Source: an uncultured Candidatus Rokubacteria bacterium (lineage in GTDB: Bacteria; Methylomirabilota; Methylomirabilia; Rokubacteriales; CSP1-6). From it: a DNA stretch of 64,000 bases. Where the stretch lies: positions 193,376 to 257,375 of the forward strand of contig CAVYTA010000001.1 of NCBI GenBank assembly GCA_963771355.1. The letters run 5' to 3'. Under the pieces are notes generated by a model. That model did no database searches. It saw nothing but the letters and a program-made list of their open reading frames with translations, and was not told the origin of the DNA. A program made the translations under genes and the position numbers. Each line of letters opens with the position of its first letter. The first letter of the stretch is position 1. Shown here piece by piece: positions 39,197 to 49,332 of the stretch.

Positions 39197-40489
39197 CTAT
39201 TTCGTCTCGCGCGTGACGCCCTCGCGAAGCAGGTCGGCCACCTCCCCGGCAGTGAAGCCCAGCTCGGCGAGGATGTCCCGGGTCTCGGTGCCGAAGGGGC
39301 GGGTGGCGGGGGAGTGCCGGAAGCCGGCGTCGTCCAGCTTGACCGGATTGGACACCACCCGCACCGGGCCGAGGGCCGGGTGGTCCAGATCGTGGAGCAT
39401 CTCGTTGGCGAGGACCTGCTCGTCGTCCATCAGCTCCACGGGCAGCCGCACCCCGGCGGCGGGGAGCCCATGCGCGTCGCAGGCCGCTTGCCACCCGGCC
39501 GTGGTCCGCGTCTTCATGAGCGCCTCCATGGCGGCCCCCAGCGCGTCGTAGTGCCGCTGCTGCTCGGCGGGGTCCGCGATGGGGCGCTCGTGGGCGAGGT
39601 CCTTCATGCCCGTCGCGCGCATGAAGGCCCGCTGGAGCCCCGCGCTCACGCAGGCGACCGCCAGCGCGGCGTCCTTCGTGGCGTAGGTGCGGTAGTACAC
39701 GCGCACCATGCCGGGCGTGCGGATATTGGGCAGGAGCTCGGCCTGCTCGGTGTACGGCGCGCCCGCGGCGCGCAGCTCGGCCAGGCGCTCGAGGAGATCG
39801 CGGCGCGGGGCGGCGTCCGTCCGCTCCACGCGCACCATGCCGTTGTTCTGCACCACCAGGGCGGCGGCGAGCAACGCCACGTCCACCTCGCCGCCCCGGC
39901 CGGTGGTCGCCCGACGATAGAGCGCGGATGCCACTCCGAAGGCCAGGCTCATCGCGCACATGTAGTCGGCGACGGGCGGATCGCCGGCGGCGGGATTGCC
40001 ATCCACGATGCGCCCGTTGGAGGCCATGAGCCCGCTCCGCGCCTGGACCACGAGGTCCATGCCCGCCAGCATGGCGTCGGGGCCGCGCTGGCCGAAGGCG
40101 GTGACATTGCCCACGATGAGCCGGGGGTAGCGCGGGGCCAGCGTGGCGTGGTCGAGCCCCAGCTCGCGGGCCAGCCCGGGCCGGAAATTGGTGAGCACCA
40201 CGTCCGCGCGCGCGAGGAGGGCCTCGATCACCCGCGAAGCCGAGGGGTGCTTGAGGTTGAGCGGCAGCGAGTGCTTCCCCCGGTTGCGCGAGAGGAAGTG
40301 GCGCGTCTCCCCCGGCGCGAGGGGGTTGAGCGTGCGCACCGGGTCGCCCTCCAGCGCCTCGATCTTGATGACGTGCGCCCCGCCGTCGGCGAGGAGCTGC
40401 GCGCAGTACGGCACCGCGATGAACTGGCCGAACTCAACGATTTCAATACCCTCGAAGGGCTGGGGGCGGGGACCTCGGATCTCTCCCAT
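39197..40489 (-). CDS. CaiB/BaiF family III CoA-transferase
   Basis: IAVPYCAQLLADGGAHVIKIE, NRGKHSL, NFRPG, DLVVQARSGLM. Confidence 0.92.
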   Translation of the reverse strand: MGEIRGPRPQPFEGIEIVEFGQFIAVPYCAQLLADGGAHVIKIEALEGDPVRTLNPLAPGETRHFLSRNRGKHSLPLNLKHPSASRVIEALLARADVVLTNFRPGLARELGLDHATLAPRYPRLIVGNVTAFGQRGPDAMLAGMDLVVQARSGLMASNGRIVDGNPAAGDPPVADYMCAMSLAFGVASALYRRATTGRGGEVDVALLAAALVVQNNGMVRVERTDAAPRRDLLERLAELRAAGAPYTEQAELLPNIRTPGMVRVYYRTYATKDAALAVACVSAGLQRAFMRATGMKDLAHERPIADPAEQQRHYDALGAAMEALMKTRTTAGWQAACDAHGLPAAGVRLPVELMDDEQVLANEMLHDLDHPALGPVRVVSNPVKLDDAGFRHSPATRPFGTETRDILAELGFTAGEVADLLREGVTRETK

Positions 40490-40523
40490 CTCGCCAGATT
40501 CTAAACCGAGTTATATAGATGGG

Positions 40524-42614
40524 GTGACTGCGATCGGCTCCTCCCCGTCCCTGCTGACCTCCCCGAGCGTCCGGCCGCCGGTCGCCCGTCGGGACCCGCG
40601 TGTCGACATCGTCCATGGGGACCGCCGCGTGGACGACTACTTCTGGCTCCGCCGCAAGGAGGACCCGGAGGTCACCGCCTACCTGGACGCCGAAAACGCC
40701 TATACCGACGCGGCGATGAAGGACACCGAGGCCTTCCAGGCCAGCCTGTACGACGAGATGCTGGCCCGCATCAAGGAAGACGACGCCTCCGTCCCCTATC
40801 GCCGGGGCGGCCACTTCTACTACGTGCGCACGGAGACCGGCAAGCAGTACCCGATCTACTGCCGCAAGGCGGGCAGCCTCGAGGCGCCGGAAGAGATCAC
40901 GCTGGATCTCAACGGGCTCGCCGTCGGCCACCCCTTCCTGGCCCTGGGCCTCTACACGGTGTCGGACGACGGCCACCTCCTGGCCTATAGCCTCGACACC
41001 ACCGGCTTCCGCGAGTACACGCTCTACGTGAAAGACCTCCGCTCGGGCGCGCTGCTGAGCGACCGGATCGAGCGGGTGTCCTCGGCGGCCTGGGCGGCGG
41101 ACTCGGCCACGCTCTTCCACGTGACCGAGGACGACGCCAAGCGCGCCTTTCGCCTGTGGCGGCATCAGCTGGGCGACCCCGACGACACCCTCCTGTGGGA
41201 GGAGCCGGACGAGCTGTTCCGGCTCGGCGTCTGGCGCTCGCGCAGCCACACGCTCCTCTTCTGCGCCTCGCGCTCGTTCACCACCACCGAGTACCGCTAC
41301 GTCTCCGCCCACGACATCACGGCGCCCTGGCGGATGCTGCTGGCGCGCGAGCACGACCACGAGTACGAGGTCGATCACGGCGCCGGCCTCTTCTACATCC
41401 GCACCAATGCCGGCGGCCGCCGCAACTTCCGGCTGGTGACCGCACCCGAGGACGACCCCCGCCCGGAGCGCTGGACCGAGCTCATCCCCCACCGCGAGGA
41501 CGTGATGCTCGAGGAGGTGGACGTCTTCGCGGGTCATTACGTCGTCCTCGAGCGGGCGGGCGGGCTCAACCGGCTCCGCGTCGTGCGGTTCGACGACGGG
41601 ATCGCGCGCTACGTGGAGTTTCCCGAGCCCGCCTACGACGTGGAGGCCGAGGCCAACCCCGAGTTCGATACGCCCGCCTACCGCTTTCACTACCAGTCCT
41701 TCATCACCCCGCCCACCGTGTACGACTACGAGGTGGCGGGGGGCACCCTCCGCGCCCTCAAGCGCCAGGAGGTGCTGGGCGACTACGATCCCGCCCTCTA
41801 CAGGGTGGAACGGCTCCATGCCGAGGCGGGCGACGGGACCCGGGTGCCGATCTCGTTCGTCTCCCGCAAGGACTCGCCCCGCGACGGCTCGAGCCCGCTG
41901 GTGCTGATCGGCTACGGCGCCTACGGCATCGTGGCCTCGCCGGTGTTCTCGTCGAACCGGCTCAGCCTGCTGGATCGGGGAGTGTCCTTTGCCATCGCGC
42001 ACGTGCGCGGGGGCGGAGACCTGGGCAAGCGGTGGCACGACGAGGGCCGCATGCTCCGGAAGTGCAACACGTTCACCGACTTCATCGCCGGCGCCGAATT
42101 CCTGGTGGCGGCGGGTCTGACGTCTCCCGATCGCCTCCTCATCGAGGGCGGCAGCGCGGGCGGGCTCCTCATCGGGGCGGTGGTGAACATGCGGCCGGAG
42201 CTCTTCCGAGGCGCGCTGCTCCGCGTGCCCTTCGTGGACGTGATCAACACCATGCTCGACGAGTCGCTGCCGCTGACGGTGGGCGAGTTCGAGGAGTGGG
42301 GCAACCCCAAGATCCGCGCGCACTACGAGTACATGAAGACCTATTGCCCGTACACCAACCTGGCCGAGCGTCCGTATCCCGCCATCCTCGTGCGTACCGC
42401 GCTCAACGACAGCCAGGTCATGTACTGGGAGCCCGCCAAGTGGGTGGCGCGGCTGCGCGCGCTGGACATGCCCCGCGACGCGGCCCGAGGTCCGCTGCTC
42501 TTCAAGATCAACATGGCGGCGGGACATGGCGGCGCCTCCGGCCGCTACGACTTCCTCCGCGAGATCGCCTTCGACTACGCGTGGTCGCTGGCCGTGGTCG
42601 GCCGCGCGGCGTGA
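40524..42614 (+). CDS. ptrB: S9A peptidase, oligopeptidase B
   Basis: DDYFWLR, GYGAYG, HVRGGG, GGSAGG (catalytic Ser), EEWGNP, DSQVMYWEPAKW, GHGGASGR. Start approximate. Confidence 0.92.
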   Translation: MTAIGSSPSLLTSPSVRPPVARRDPRVDIVHGDRRVDDYFWLRRKEDPEVTAYLDAENAYTDAAMKDTEAFQASLYDEMLARIKEDDASVPYRRGGHFYYVRTETGKQYPIYCRKAGSLEAPEEITLDLNGLAVGHPFLALGLYTVSDDGHLLAYSLDTTGFREYTLYVKDLRSGALLSDRIERVSSAAWAADSATLFHVTEDDAKRAFRLWRHQLGDPDDTLLWEEPDELFRLGVWRSRSHTLLFCASRSFTTTEYRYVSAHDITAPWRMLLAREHDHEYEVDHGAGLFYIRTNAGGRRNFRLVTAPEDDPRPERWTELIPHREDVMLEEVDVFAGHYVVLERAGGLNRLRVVRFDDGIARYVEFPEPAYDVEAEANPEFDTPAYRFHYQSFITPPTVYDYEVAGGTLRALKRQEVLGDYDPALYRVERLHAEAGDGTRVPISFVSRKDSPRDGSSPLVLIGYGAYGIVASPVFSSNRLSLLDRGVSFAIAHVRGGGDLGKRWHDEGRMLRKCNTFTDFIAGAEFLVAAGLTSPDRLLIEGGSAGGLLIGAVVNMRPELFRGALLRVPFVDVINTMLDESLPLTVGEFEEWGNPKIRAHYEYMKTYCPYTNLAERPYPAILVRTALNDSQVMYWEPAKWVARLRALDMPRDAARGPLLFKINMAAGHGGASGRYDFLREIAFDYAWSLAVVGRAA

Positions 42615-42636
42615 GCGCGAGTCCGGGCCCGGCCGC

Positions 42637-43681
42637 GTGATCGACGGCGCGCGGCTCCTCGACTACCTGAGGAAGGACACGGGGGCGCCCGGCCTCGGGC
42701 TGGCCGAGCCGCCCGCGCCGGTATCCGGCGGGTTCGACACGCGCATCTACACGTTCCACCTCGTGGGCGCGCCGCCCGCGCTGTCCGGACCGCTCATCCT
42801 CCGCGTGCTCGCCGCGCACCCCGATCCCCGTCGCGCGCTGCGCGAGCAGGCCATCCAGAACGCGCTGGCCGACCAAGGCTATCCGGCGCCGCGCGCGCAG
42901 CTGGCCTGCGCCGATCCCGCCGCGCTGGGTGCCGGCTTCCTCGTCATGGAGCGCCGGCCCGGCCGCCCCCTGCTGGAGCGGCGCGGGCTGGGCATGGCCG
43001 GCGTGCTGGTTCGCGCCCAGCGCCGCCTCCACGGCCTGGATGCGGAGGCGGTGCGCCGGGCCATCGAGGCCGCGGTGCCCGGCGGCGGTGCCGCGCACAC
43101 GGTGGACGGGCTTCTCGCCCAGATGGAGACCCGCATCGTGCGCGGCGTCGCTCCTGGGGCTCGTGCCCGCGCTGGGCTGGCTGCGCGCGAATCGCCCCAC
43201 GCTGGAGGGCCCGCCCGTCGTGTGCCACGCGGACTTCCACCCGCAGAACGTCCTCGTGGATGAGCGTCATGAGGTGACCGGGGTGCTCGACTGGCCCAAT
43301 ATGCTGCTCGCCGACCGGGCCTGCGACGTGGCGGCCACTCGCGTCATTCTCCGCTACACGCCCGTGGGCGTCACGGGCGTGCCGCGCCACCTCCGCTGGC
43401 TGCTCCGCGCGGCCCGCGCCGTGCTGGTCCGGCGCTTCATGGCGGGGCACCGCCGCGCCCAGCCCCTGGACCGGGCCACGCTCCGGTACTATGAGGCCCT
43501 GGCGTGCATGCGCGGGCTGGTGCGCGTGGCGGAGAACCGCACCGCCGCGGGTACGAGGGGTGGCGCGGTCCTGACCGTGCTGGACACCTCCCGCTTCGGC
43601 GAGCGGCTCGCGCGCCGCTTCGCCAAGCTGAGCGGGATCACGCCGAGGCTGCCAAAGGTGGAGGAGAGACGGGCCCCGTGA
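42637..43681 (+). CDS. Aminoglycoside-phosphotransferase-like kinase; +1 frameshift at ~43146
   Basis: GGFDTRIY, LILR, RE, FLVMERRPG, then in the next frame CHADFHPQNVLV and VLDWP. Confidence 0.82.
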
Positions 43682-43715
43682 GCTGGCGCTTGATGTGGGC
43701 CGGCGGAGGACGACG

Positions 43716-44768
43716 ATGACTGAGCCGAGAGAGACGTATCGACGGGGGGGCGGCCTGACGCTCGTCGCCGTGACGTGCAGCCTGGCCCTCTGGCCGGCTG
43801 GCCCCAGCGACGCACAGACCGTCCGCGAGGTGTTCCAGAAGGCGGTGCCATCCGTGGGAGTGATCCGGGCCCGAGGCCGGGACGTGGAAGCGGGGGGCGA
43901 GACGCGCTTCGCGGAGACCGGGTCCGGGGTCCTGATCTCGGCGGACGGCAAGATGATGACGGCCGCGCACGTCGTCCACGGCATGGATGAGATCTCGGTC
44001 GAATTCCTCGGCGGCGAGACGGTCTCGGCCCGCGTGGTGGGCTCCGAGCCGGCGGCCGACCTTTCGCTGCTGCAGCTCGATCAGGTGCCCAAGGGAGCGA
44101 GAGTGGCGCCGATGGCGGACTCGCGCGCGGTGCAGGTGGGCGATCCAGTTGTCATCGTGGGGGCTCCCTACGGTTTGAGCTACTCGCTGAGCGCCGGGTA
44201 CATCAGCGCGCGCTGGGCGCCCAACACTGTGTACAAGACGATGCCCATGGCCGAGTTCTTTCAGACCGACGCGACCATCAATACCGGGAACTCGGGTGGC
44301 CCCATGTTCAACATGAAGGGCGAGCTCATCGGGATCGTCAGCCACAACATCTCCAAGGGCGGTGGAAGCGAAGGGCTCGGCTTCGTGGTGACCTTGAACA
44401 CGGCCAAGCAGCTCCTGCTCGAGAAACGCTCGTTCTACGGCGGTCTGGAGGGCGTGTTTCTGAGCGACGAGGTGGCCGATCTCCTGAACGTGCCGGAAGG
44501 AGCCAGCGGCTTCATCGTCAAGACGGTGGCGAAGGGCTCGCCCGGCGACCAGATCGGCCTGCGGGGCGGCCGGACCGTCGTGAGGATCGGCGGCCTGGAC
44601 GTGCCGCTGGGGGGCGACATCATCATGTCGATCGAGGGCGTGGCGATGTCACCCGCGAACTCCGCCAGGATCCGTGACATGATCGGGCGCTTGCCCGCGG
44701 GCGCGCCCTTCAAGGCCTCGGTCCTGCGCGCGGGACGGGTGCTGGAGCTGACGGGGAAGGCCCCGTGA
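43716..44768 (+). CDS. HtrA/DegP-like trypsin serine protease with PDZ domain
   Basis: GSGVLI, TAAHVV, DLSLLQL, QTDATINTGNSGGP; signal peptide. Confidence 0.92.
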   Translation: MTEPRETYRRGGGLTLVAVTCSLALWPAGPSDAQTVREVFQKAVPSVGVIRARGRDVEAGGETRFAETGSGVLISADGKMMTAAHVVHGMDEISVEFLGGETVSARVVGSEPAADLSLLQLDQVPKGARVAPMADSRAVQVGDPVVIVGAPYGLSYSLSAGYISARWAPNTVYKTMPMAEFFQTDATINTGNSGGPMFNMKGELIGIVSHNISKGGGSEGLGFVVTLNTAKQLLLEKRSFYGGLEGVFLSDEVADLLNVPEGASGFIVKTVAKGSPGDQIGLRGGRTVVRIGGLDVPLGGDIIMSIEGVAMSPANSARIRDMIGRLPAGAPFKASVLRAGRVLELTGKAP

Positions 44769-44802
44769 GGCGTCGGCGACGCCTCGCCCTCACGCCGACA
44801 CC

Positions 44803-46899
44803 ATGAGCTGGCGCATCGGGGTGGACATCGGCGGCACCTTCACCGACGTGGTGGTGGCGGACGAGGCGCGCGGGACCCTGGAGGTGGTGAAGGTCCCCAC
44901 CACACCGCGCGATTTCGCTCAGGGCGTGCTGGACGCGCTCGCCACCGCCGCCCGCGCCCACGGTGTGCGGCCGGCCGACGTCTCCCTGCTGGCCCATGCC
45001 ACCACCGTGGTGACCAATGCGCTGCTCGAGGGCAAGGGCGCGCGCACGGCGCTCCTCACCACCCAGGGGATGCGCGACGTGCTCGAGCTGCGTCGCTCCG
45101 CCCGCGCCAGCCTCTACGACCTCTTCCAGGACGGGCCCCGCGTGCTGGTGCCGCGCCATGCGCGCCTCGAGGTGCGCGAGCGCCTGGACGCCCAGGGGCA
45201 GGTGGTGACGCCGCTGGCCATGGAGGACGTGGACGCCGCGGTGGACTTCATCCGGCGCCACGAGATCCAGGCGGTCGCGGTGTGCTTCCTCTACTCCTTC
45301 CTCGACGACACGCACGAGCGCCGCGTGGGCGAGCGCCTGCGCGCGGCGCTCCCCGGCCTGCCCGTCTTTCTCTCCAGCGAGGTGCTGCCGGAGATCCGCG
45401 AGTTCGAGCGCACCAGCACCACCGCGGTGTGCGCGTACGTGGGGCCGATCCTGGCGTCCTATCTGGAGCGGCTGGAGACGGCGGTGACGAAGCAGGGCTT
45501 TCCCGCGCCCTACGTGATGGGCTCCTCGGGCGGCGTCTTCACGGTGGCGGAGGGGGTGCGCATGCCGGCCATGGCGGTGGAGTCGGGCCCCGCCGCCGGC
45601 GTCATCGCGACCCAGCTCATCGGGCGCCGGCTCGGGCTGCCGAATCTCCTCTCCTTCGACATGGGTGGGACGACGGCGAAGGCCAGCCTCATCGAGGGGG
45701 GCCAGATCAACACCACCAGCGAATACGAGGTGGGCGGCGGGACGAATGCCCGGCGGTGGATGCACGGCACCGGGCATCCGATCCGGGTGCCGGTGATCGA
45801 CCTCGCCGAGGTCAGTGCGGGGGGCGGCAGCATCGCGTGGATCGACCCGGGCGGGGCGCTGCGCGTGGGACCGGAGTCGGCGGGCGCGGAGCCCGGGCCG
45901 GTGTGCTACGGCCAGGGCGGCGAGCAGCCCACCGTCACCGACGCGGATCTGGTGCTGGGCTATCTCAACCCGGTGGCGCTGCTGGGCGGCGGGCTTCCGG
46001 TGCACCTGGACCGCGCGCGCGCCGCCATCGAGACGCGCGTGGCGCGGCCGCTCAAGCAGGGCGTGCTCGAGGCCGCCGCCGGCATCGTGGACGTGGTGAC
46101 GGCGGGCATGGCGGCCGCACTTCGAATCGTCTCCGTGGAGCGCGGGCATGACCCGCGCGAATTCGCCCTGGTGGCCTTCGGCGGCGCCGGCCCGGTGCAC
46201 GCGGCGCGGCTGGCGCAAGAGCTCGAGATCCCCGAGGTGATCGTGCCGCCCATCCCCGGCGGCTTCTCCGCGCTGGGCCTGGTTGCCTCCGACTTCCGCC
46301 GCGACTACGTGAAGACCTTCTACACGCGGCTGGACGAGGCGCGGCTCGAGGAAGTGGCCGCGGTGTACGCGCGGATGGAAGCGGCGGGCCGCGAGGTGCT
46401 CCGCGCGGCCGGCGTGCCCGAGGACCGGTGGGAGCTGACGCGCGCCGCCGACTGCCGCTACGGCCGCCAGGCCTATGAGCTCACGGTGCCGGTGGCGCCC
46501 GGGCCCGTGACGGAGAAGACCCTCGCGCGCCTGGCTGCCGACTTCCACGACCGCCATCGCCAGACCTATGGTCACGCGAGCCCCGACGAGGCGGTCCAGT
46601 GCGTGAACCTGCGCCTGGCCGCGGTGGGGCATCAGGCGGGCCTCGAGCTCTCGCGAAGGCCCGATGGGGGCGCCCTGCCGCGTACCGTGGAAACGCGCGA
46701 GGCCTACTTCAAGGAGACCGGCCTCGTCCGCTGCGACGTGCTGCCGCGCGAGGCGCTGCCGCCGGGCACGCGCCGCGCGGGTCCGCTGGTCATCGAAGCC
46801 ATGGACACCACCGTCGTCGTCCCACCCGGCTGGTACTGTCGCGTGGACGAGGGCGGCTTCATCCGTCTCACCCAGACGCCCCCGGAGACGAGCCGATGA
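44803..46899 (+). CDS. Hydantoinase A/5-oxoprolinase family subunit
   Basis: IGVDIGGTFTD, HATTVVTNALLE, ESGPAAG, DMGGTT, AGGGSIA, GPESAGAEPGP, FGGAGP. Confidence 0.94.
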   Translation: MSWRIGVDIGGTFTDVVVADEARGTLEVVKVPTTPRDFAQGVLDALATAARAHGVRPADVSLLAHATTVVTNALLEGKGARTALLTTQGMRDVLELRRSARASLYDLFQDGPRVLVPRHARLEVRERLDAQGQVVTPLAMEDVDAAVDFIRRHEIQAVAVCFLYSFLDDTHERRVGERLRAALPGLPVFLSSEVLPEIREFERTSTTAVCAYVGPILASYLERLETAVTKQGFPAPYVMGSSGGVFTVAEGVRMPAMAVESGPAAGVIATQLIGRRLGLPNLLSFDMGGTTAKASLIEGGQINTTSEYEVGGGTNARRWMHGTGHPIRVPVIDLAEVSAGGGSIAWIDPGGALRVGPESAGAEPGPVCYGQGGEQPTVTDADLVLGYLNPVALLGGGLPVHLDRARAAIETRVARPLKQGVLEAAAGIVDVVTAGMAAALRIVSVERGHDPREFALVAFGGAGPVHAARLAQELEIPEVIVPPIPGGFSALGLVASDFRRDYVKTFYTRLDEARLEEVAAVYARMEAAGREVLRAAGVPEDRWELTRAADCRYGRQAYELTVPVAPGPVTEKTLARLAADFHDRHRQTYGHASPDEAVQCVNLRLAAVGHQAGLELSRRPDGGALPRTVETREAYFKETGLVRCDVLPREALPPGTRRAGPLVIEAMDTTVVVPPGWYCRVDEGGFIRLTQTPPETSR

Positions 46900-48590
46900 C
46901 CGCGCTGGCTGCCACCGATCCCGCGACGTTCGAGGTCGTGAAGAACGCGCTCTACTGCGCCGCCGAGGAGATGAAGGTGGTGCTGGCCAAGACCGCCTAC
47001 TCGCCGCTGCTCAAGGTGGCGGGCGACTACTCCTGCGGCCTCTTCGACGTGGCCGGCGAGATGGTCGCGCAGGGGCCCGATCTTCCCATTCATCTCGGCT
47101 CGATGCCGCTCGCGGTGAAGGCCGTCATCCGCGCCTTCCCCGCCTTCGAGCCCGGCGACGTCTTCATCCACAACGATCCCTACTTCGGCGGGAGCCATCT
47201 CCCCGACGTCAACGTGGTCATGCCCGCCTTCCACGAGGACACCCTGCTGGGGTTCGCCTGCGTGCGTGCCCACTGGCCCGACATCGGCAGCAATACCCCC
47301 GGCTCCTACGGCACCGCCACCGAGATCTACGGGGAGGGCCTGCGGCTGCCGCCGGTGCGCCTGGCCCGCGCCGGCGTCACCAACGCGGACGTGGAAGCCA
47401 TCATCTTCACCAATGTCCGCACCCCCGAGGAGCGGAGAGGTGACTTGCGGGCACAAGTCGCGGCAAATCTACGTGGGATTACGCGGCTCCAGGAGCTGGC
47501 GCGGAAGCACGGGGTGGGCCGCCTGCTCAAGGTGATGCAGGAGGTGATGGACTACTCCGAGCGCATGATGCGCGCCATGCTCACCGCGCTGCCCGACGGC
47601 ACCGCCAGCTTCGAGGAGCTCTGCGACGGCGACGGCGTGCTCGAGGAGGGCGAGACCGAGGACCGCCCCTTCAAGATCCGCATGACGGTGACCAAGCGCG
47701 CCGACACGCTCGCGGTGGACTTCGCCGGCACCGACCGCCAGGTGGCCGGCCCCATGAACGCCCCGCTGAACGTCACCGCCTCCGGCATCTACTGCGCCAT
47801 CAAGATGGTGGCCGACCCCACCGATCTGGTCCCGCCCAACTCCGGCTGCTGGCGCCCGGTGGAGCTCACCGCCGAGCCCGGCACCGTGGTGCATGCGCAG
47901 TCGCCCGCGCCGGTGGTCTTCGCCAACCACGAGATCTCGCACCGCGTGGCCGACATGCTCTTCGGTGCCCTCGCGCAGCTCTGCCCCACGCGCGTGATGG
48001 CCTGCTCCCAGGGCACCTCCGCCATCCTCACCGTGGGCGGCGTGGACTACCGCAACGGGGCCCGCTACGTCTCCTACGAGACCATCAAGGGCGGCTTCGG
48101 CGCCCGGCCCATCAAGGACGGCGTCAACGGGATGTCCAGCGGCATCTCCAACACCATGAACACGCCCATCGAGATCCTCGAGATGTCCTTCCCCGTGCGC
48201 GTGGAGCGCTACGCGATCCTGCCGGACTCGGGCGGGGTGGGGAAGTACCGCGGCGGCTGCGGCGTGGAGCGCGTCTGGCGCATCCTGGGGCTGCCGGCGC
48301 AGATCAGCGTCTGCATGGAGCGCGGCGTCACCCCGCCCTTCGGCCTGGCCGGCGGCGGCCCCGGCGGGGGTTCTCGCGTGAGCCTGATCTATCCCGACGG
48401 CCGCGAGCGGCGGCTGAACACCAAGGGCACGCTCACCGCGCCCGCCGACGCGCGGGTGGTGATGCATGCGCCCGGCTCCGGCGGCTACGGCGAAGCGAAC
48501 GAGCGGGATTCAGCCCGGGCGCGAGAGGATCGGGTCAACGGGTATGTCACGGACGAAGACTCGGTGTCCGCCTGCCCGGCCTGTAGCTGA
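46896..48590 (+). CDS. Hydantoinase B/5-oxoprolinase family subunit
   Basis: AEEM...TAYSP, DYSCG, PIHLG, NDPYFGGSHLPD, HWPDIG, NTPIE, DSGGVGKYRGG; ATGA overlap. Confidence 0.94.
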   Translation: MTALAATDPATFEVVKNALYCAAEEMKVVLAKTAYSPLLKVAGDYSCGLFDVAGEMVAQGPDLPIHLGSMPLAVKAVIRAFPAFEPGDVFIHNDPYFGGSHLPDVNVVMPAFHEDTLLGFACVRAHWPDIGSNTPGSYGTATEIYGEGLRLPPVRLARAGVTNADVEAIIFTNVRTPEERRGDLRAQVAANLRGITRLQELARKHGVGRLLKVMQEVMDYSERMMRAMLTALPDGTASFEELCDGDGVLEEGETEDRPFKIRMTVTKRADTLAVDFAGTDRQVAGPMNAPLNVTASGIYCAIKMVADPTDLVPPNSGCWRPVELTAEPGTVVHAQSPAPVVFANHEISHRVADMLFGALAQLCPTRVMACSQGTSAILTVGGVDYRNGARYVSYETIKGGFGARPIKDGVNGMSSGISNTMNTPIEILEMSFPVRVERYAILPDSGGVGKYRGGCGVERVWRILGLPAQISVCMERGVTPPFGLAGGGPGGGSRVSLIYPDGRERRLNTKGTLTAPADARVVMHAPGSGGYGEANERDSARAREDRVNGYVTDEDSVSACPACS

Positions 48591-48600
48591 ACGAAGCCGA

Positions 48601-48993
48601 TCAGAGGCGCCAGACCCGAAGCCCGCGGGCTCGGGCTGCCGCGCGCAGACGCTCGTCGATACTGGCCAGAGGCGCTCCGCGTTCTTCCGCGAGCACGAGA
48701 TAAACGCAGTCGTAGACAGGATGGTTGATCTCGACCGCGAGCCGCACGGCACGCTCGAGCAGGGTCAGGGTCGGGACCAGGGTGATGTCAGAGGCAAGGA
48801 TGCGAGTGACCGCCGGTTGCAAGTCAGCCGCCGGCACATCCCCGTGGCGCACCTTCTTCCAGAGGGCGTTCGCGACTTCCAGCGGCATGATGTCCGGCGC
48901 GACGAGCGGCTGGTTGCCTTCCACGAGGGCAGCGGAGGCTTCCGAACCGGGCTCGCGCGCGAACCACTGCACGGCGACCGATGCGTCCACCAC
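48601..48993 (-). CDS. vapC: PIN-domain toxin (VapC/FitB-like)
   Basis: VVDASVAVQWF, EVANALWK, VYDCVYLVLA, LASIDERL. Start approximate. Confidence 0.9.
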   Translation of the reverse strand: MVDASVAVQWFAREPGSEASAALVEGNQPLVAPDIMPLEVANALWKKVRHGDVPAADLQPAVTRILASDITLVPTLTLLERAVRLAVEINHPVYDCVYLVLAEERGAPLASIDERLRAAARARGLRVWRL

Positions 48994-49040
48994 GATCGGA
49001 CCGACGCCGGCCGGTCGCTCACGAACGGCGCGACGCCGGC

Positions 49041-49268
49041 TCAGCGGGTCCGATCCTCTCGAATGAGATCAACCGCTCGGGTCTTGTTTGGACGCTGGCG
49101 CGCTCGCATCGCCGCTGCCTCCGCCGCGAATTGCTGCCGCGTGAGCCGAGTGCCTTCCGCAAGGAGTCGGCGCGCCTCTTCCTCGATCGAGATGCCCTTG
49201 AGCTTCGCCTGAAGGCGTAGGCGCTCAGCGACCTGATCCTCCAGGTTTCGAATGAGCAGAGTAGCCAT
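49041..49268 (-). CDS. FitA-like ribbon-helix-helix antitoxin
   Basis: MATLLIRNLEDQVAERLRLQAKLKGISIEEEARRLL...DLIREDR, immediately upstream of the PIN toxin. Confidence 0.9.
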   Translation of the reverse strand: MATLLIRNLEDQVAERLRLQAKLKGISIEEEARRLLAEGTRLTRQQFAAEAAAMRARQRPNKTRAVDLIREDRTR

Positions 49269-49270
49269 GG

Positions 49271-49304
49271 CGATATCATAACTCGATATCAGTGACATCG
49301 TCCA
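49271..49304 (-). promoter_or_regulatory. Toxin-antitoxin promoter with overlapping operator repeats
   Basis: Minus strand TGGACG-N18-TATGAT, 6 nt before the ATG. CGATATCA at 49271-49278 and 49284-49291, plus the inverted near-copy TGACATCG at 49293-49300. Confidence 0.7.
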
Positions 49305-49332
49305 GCGCTAGCGCGAGCCCCTCTCGGTTAAC

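Noticed and set aside
48563..48590. C-terminal CPAC of hydantoinase B as a metal-binding domain
   Set aside because: A single CxxC at the extreme terminus with no second ligand pair visible, so there is too little support.
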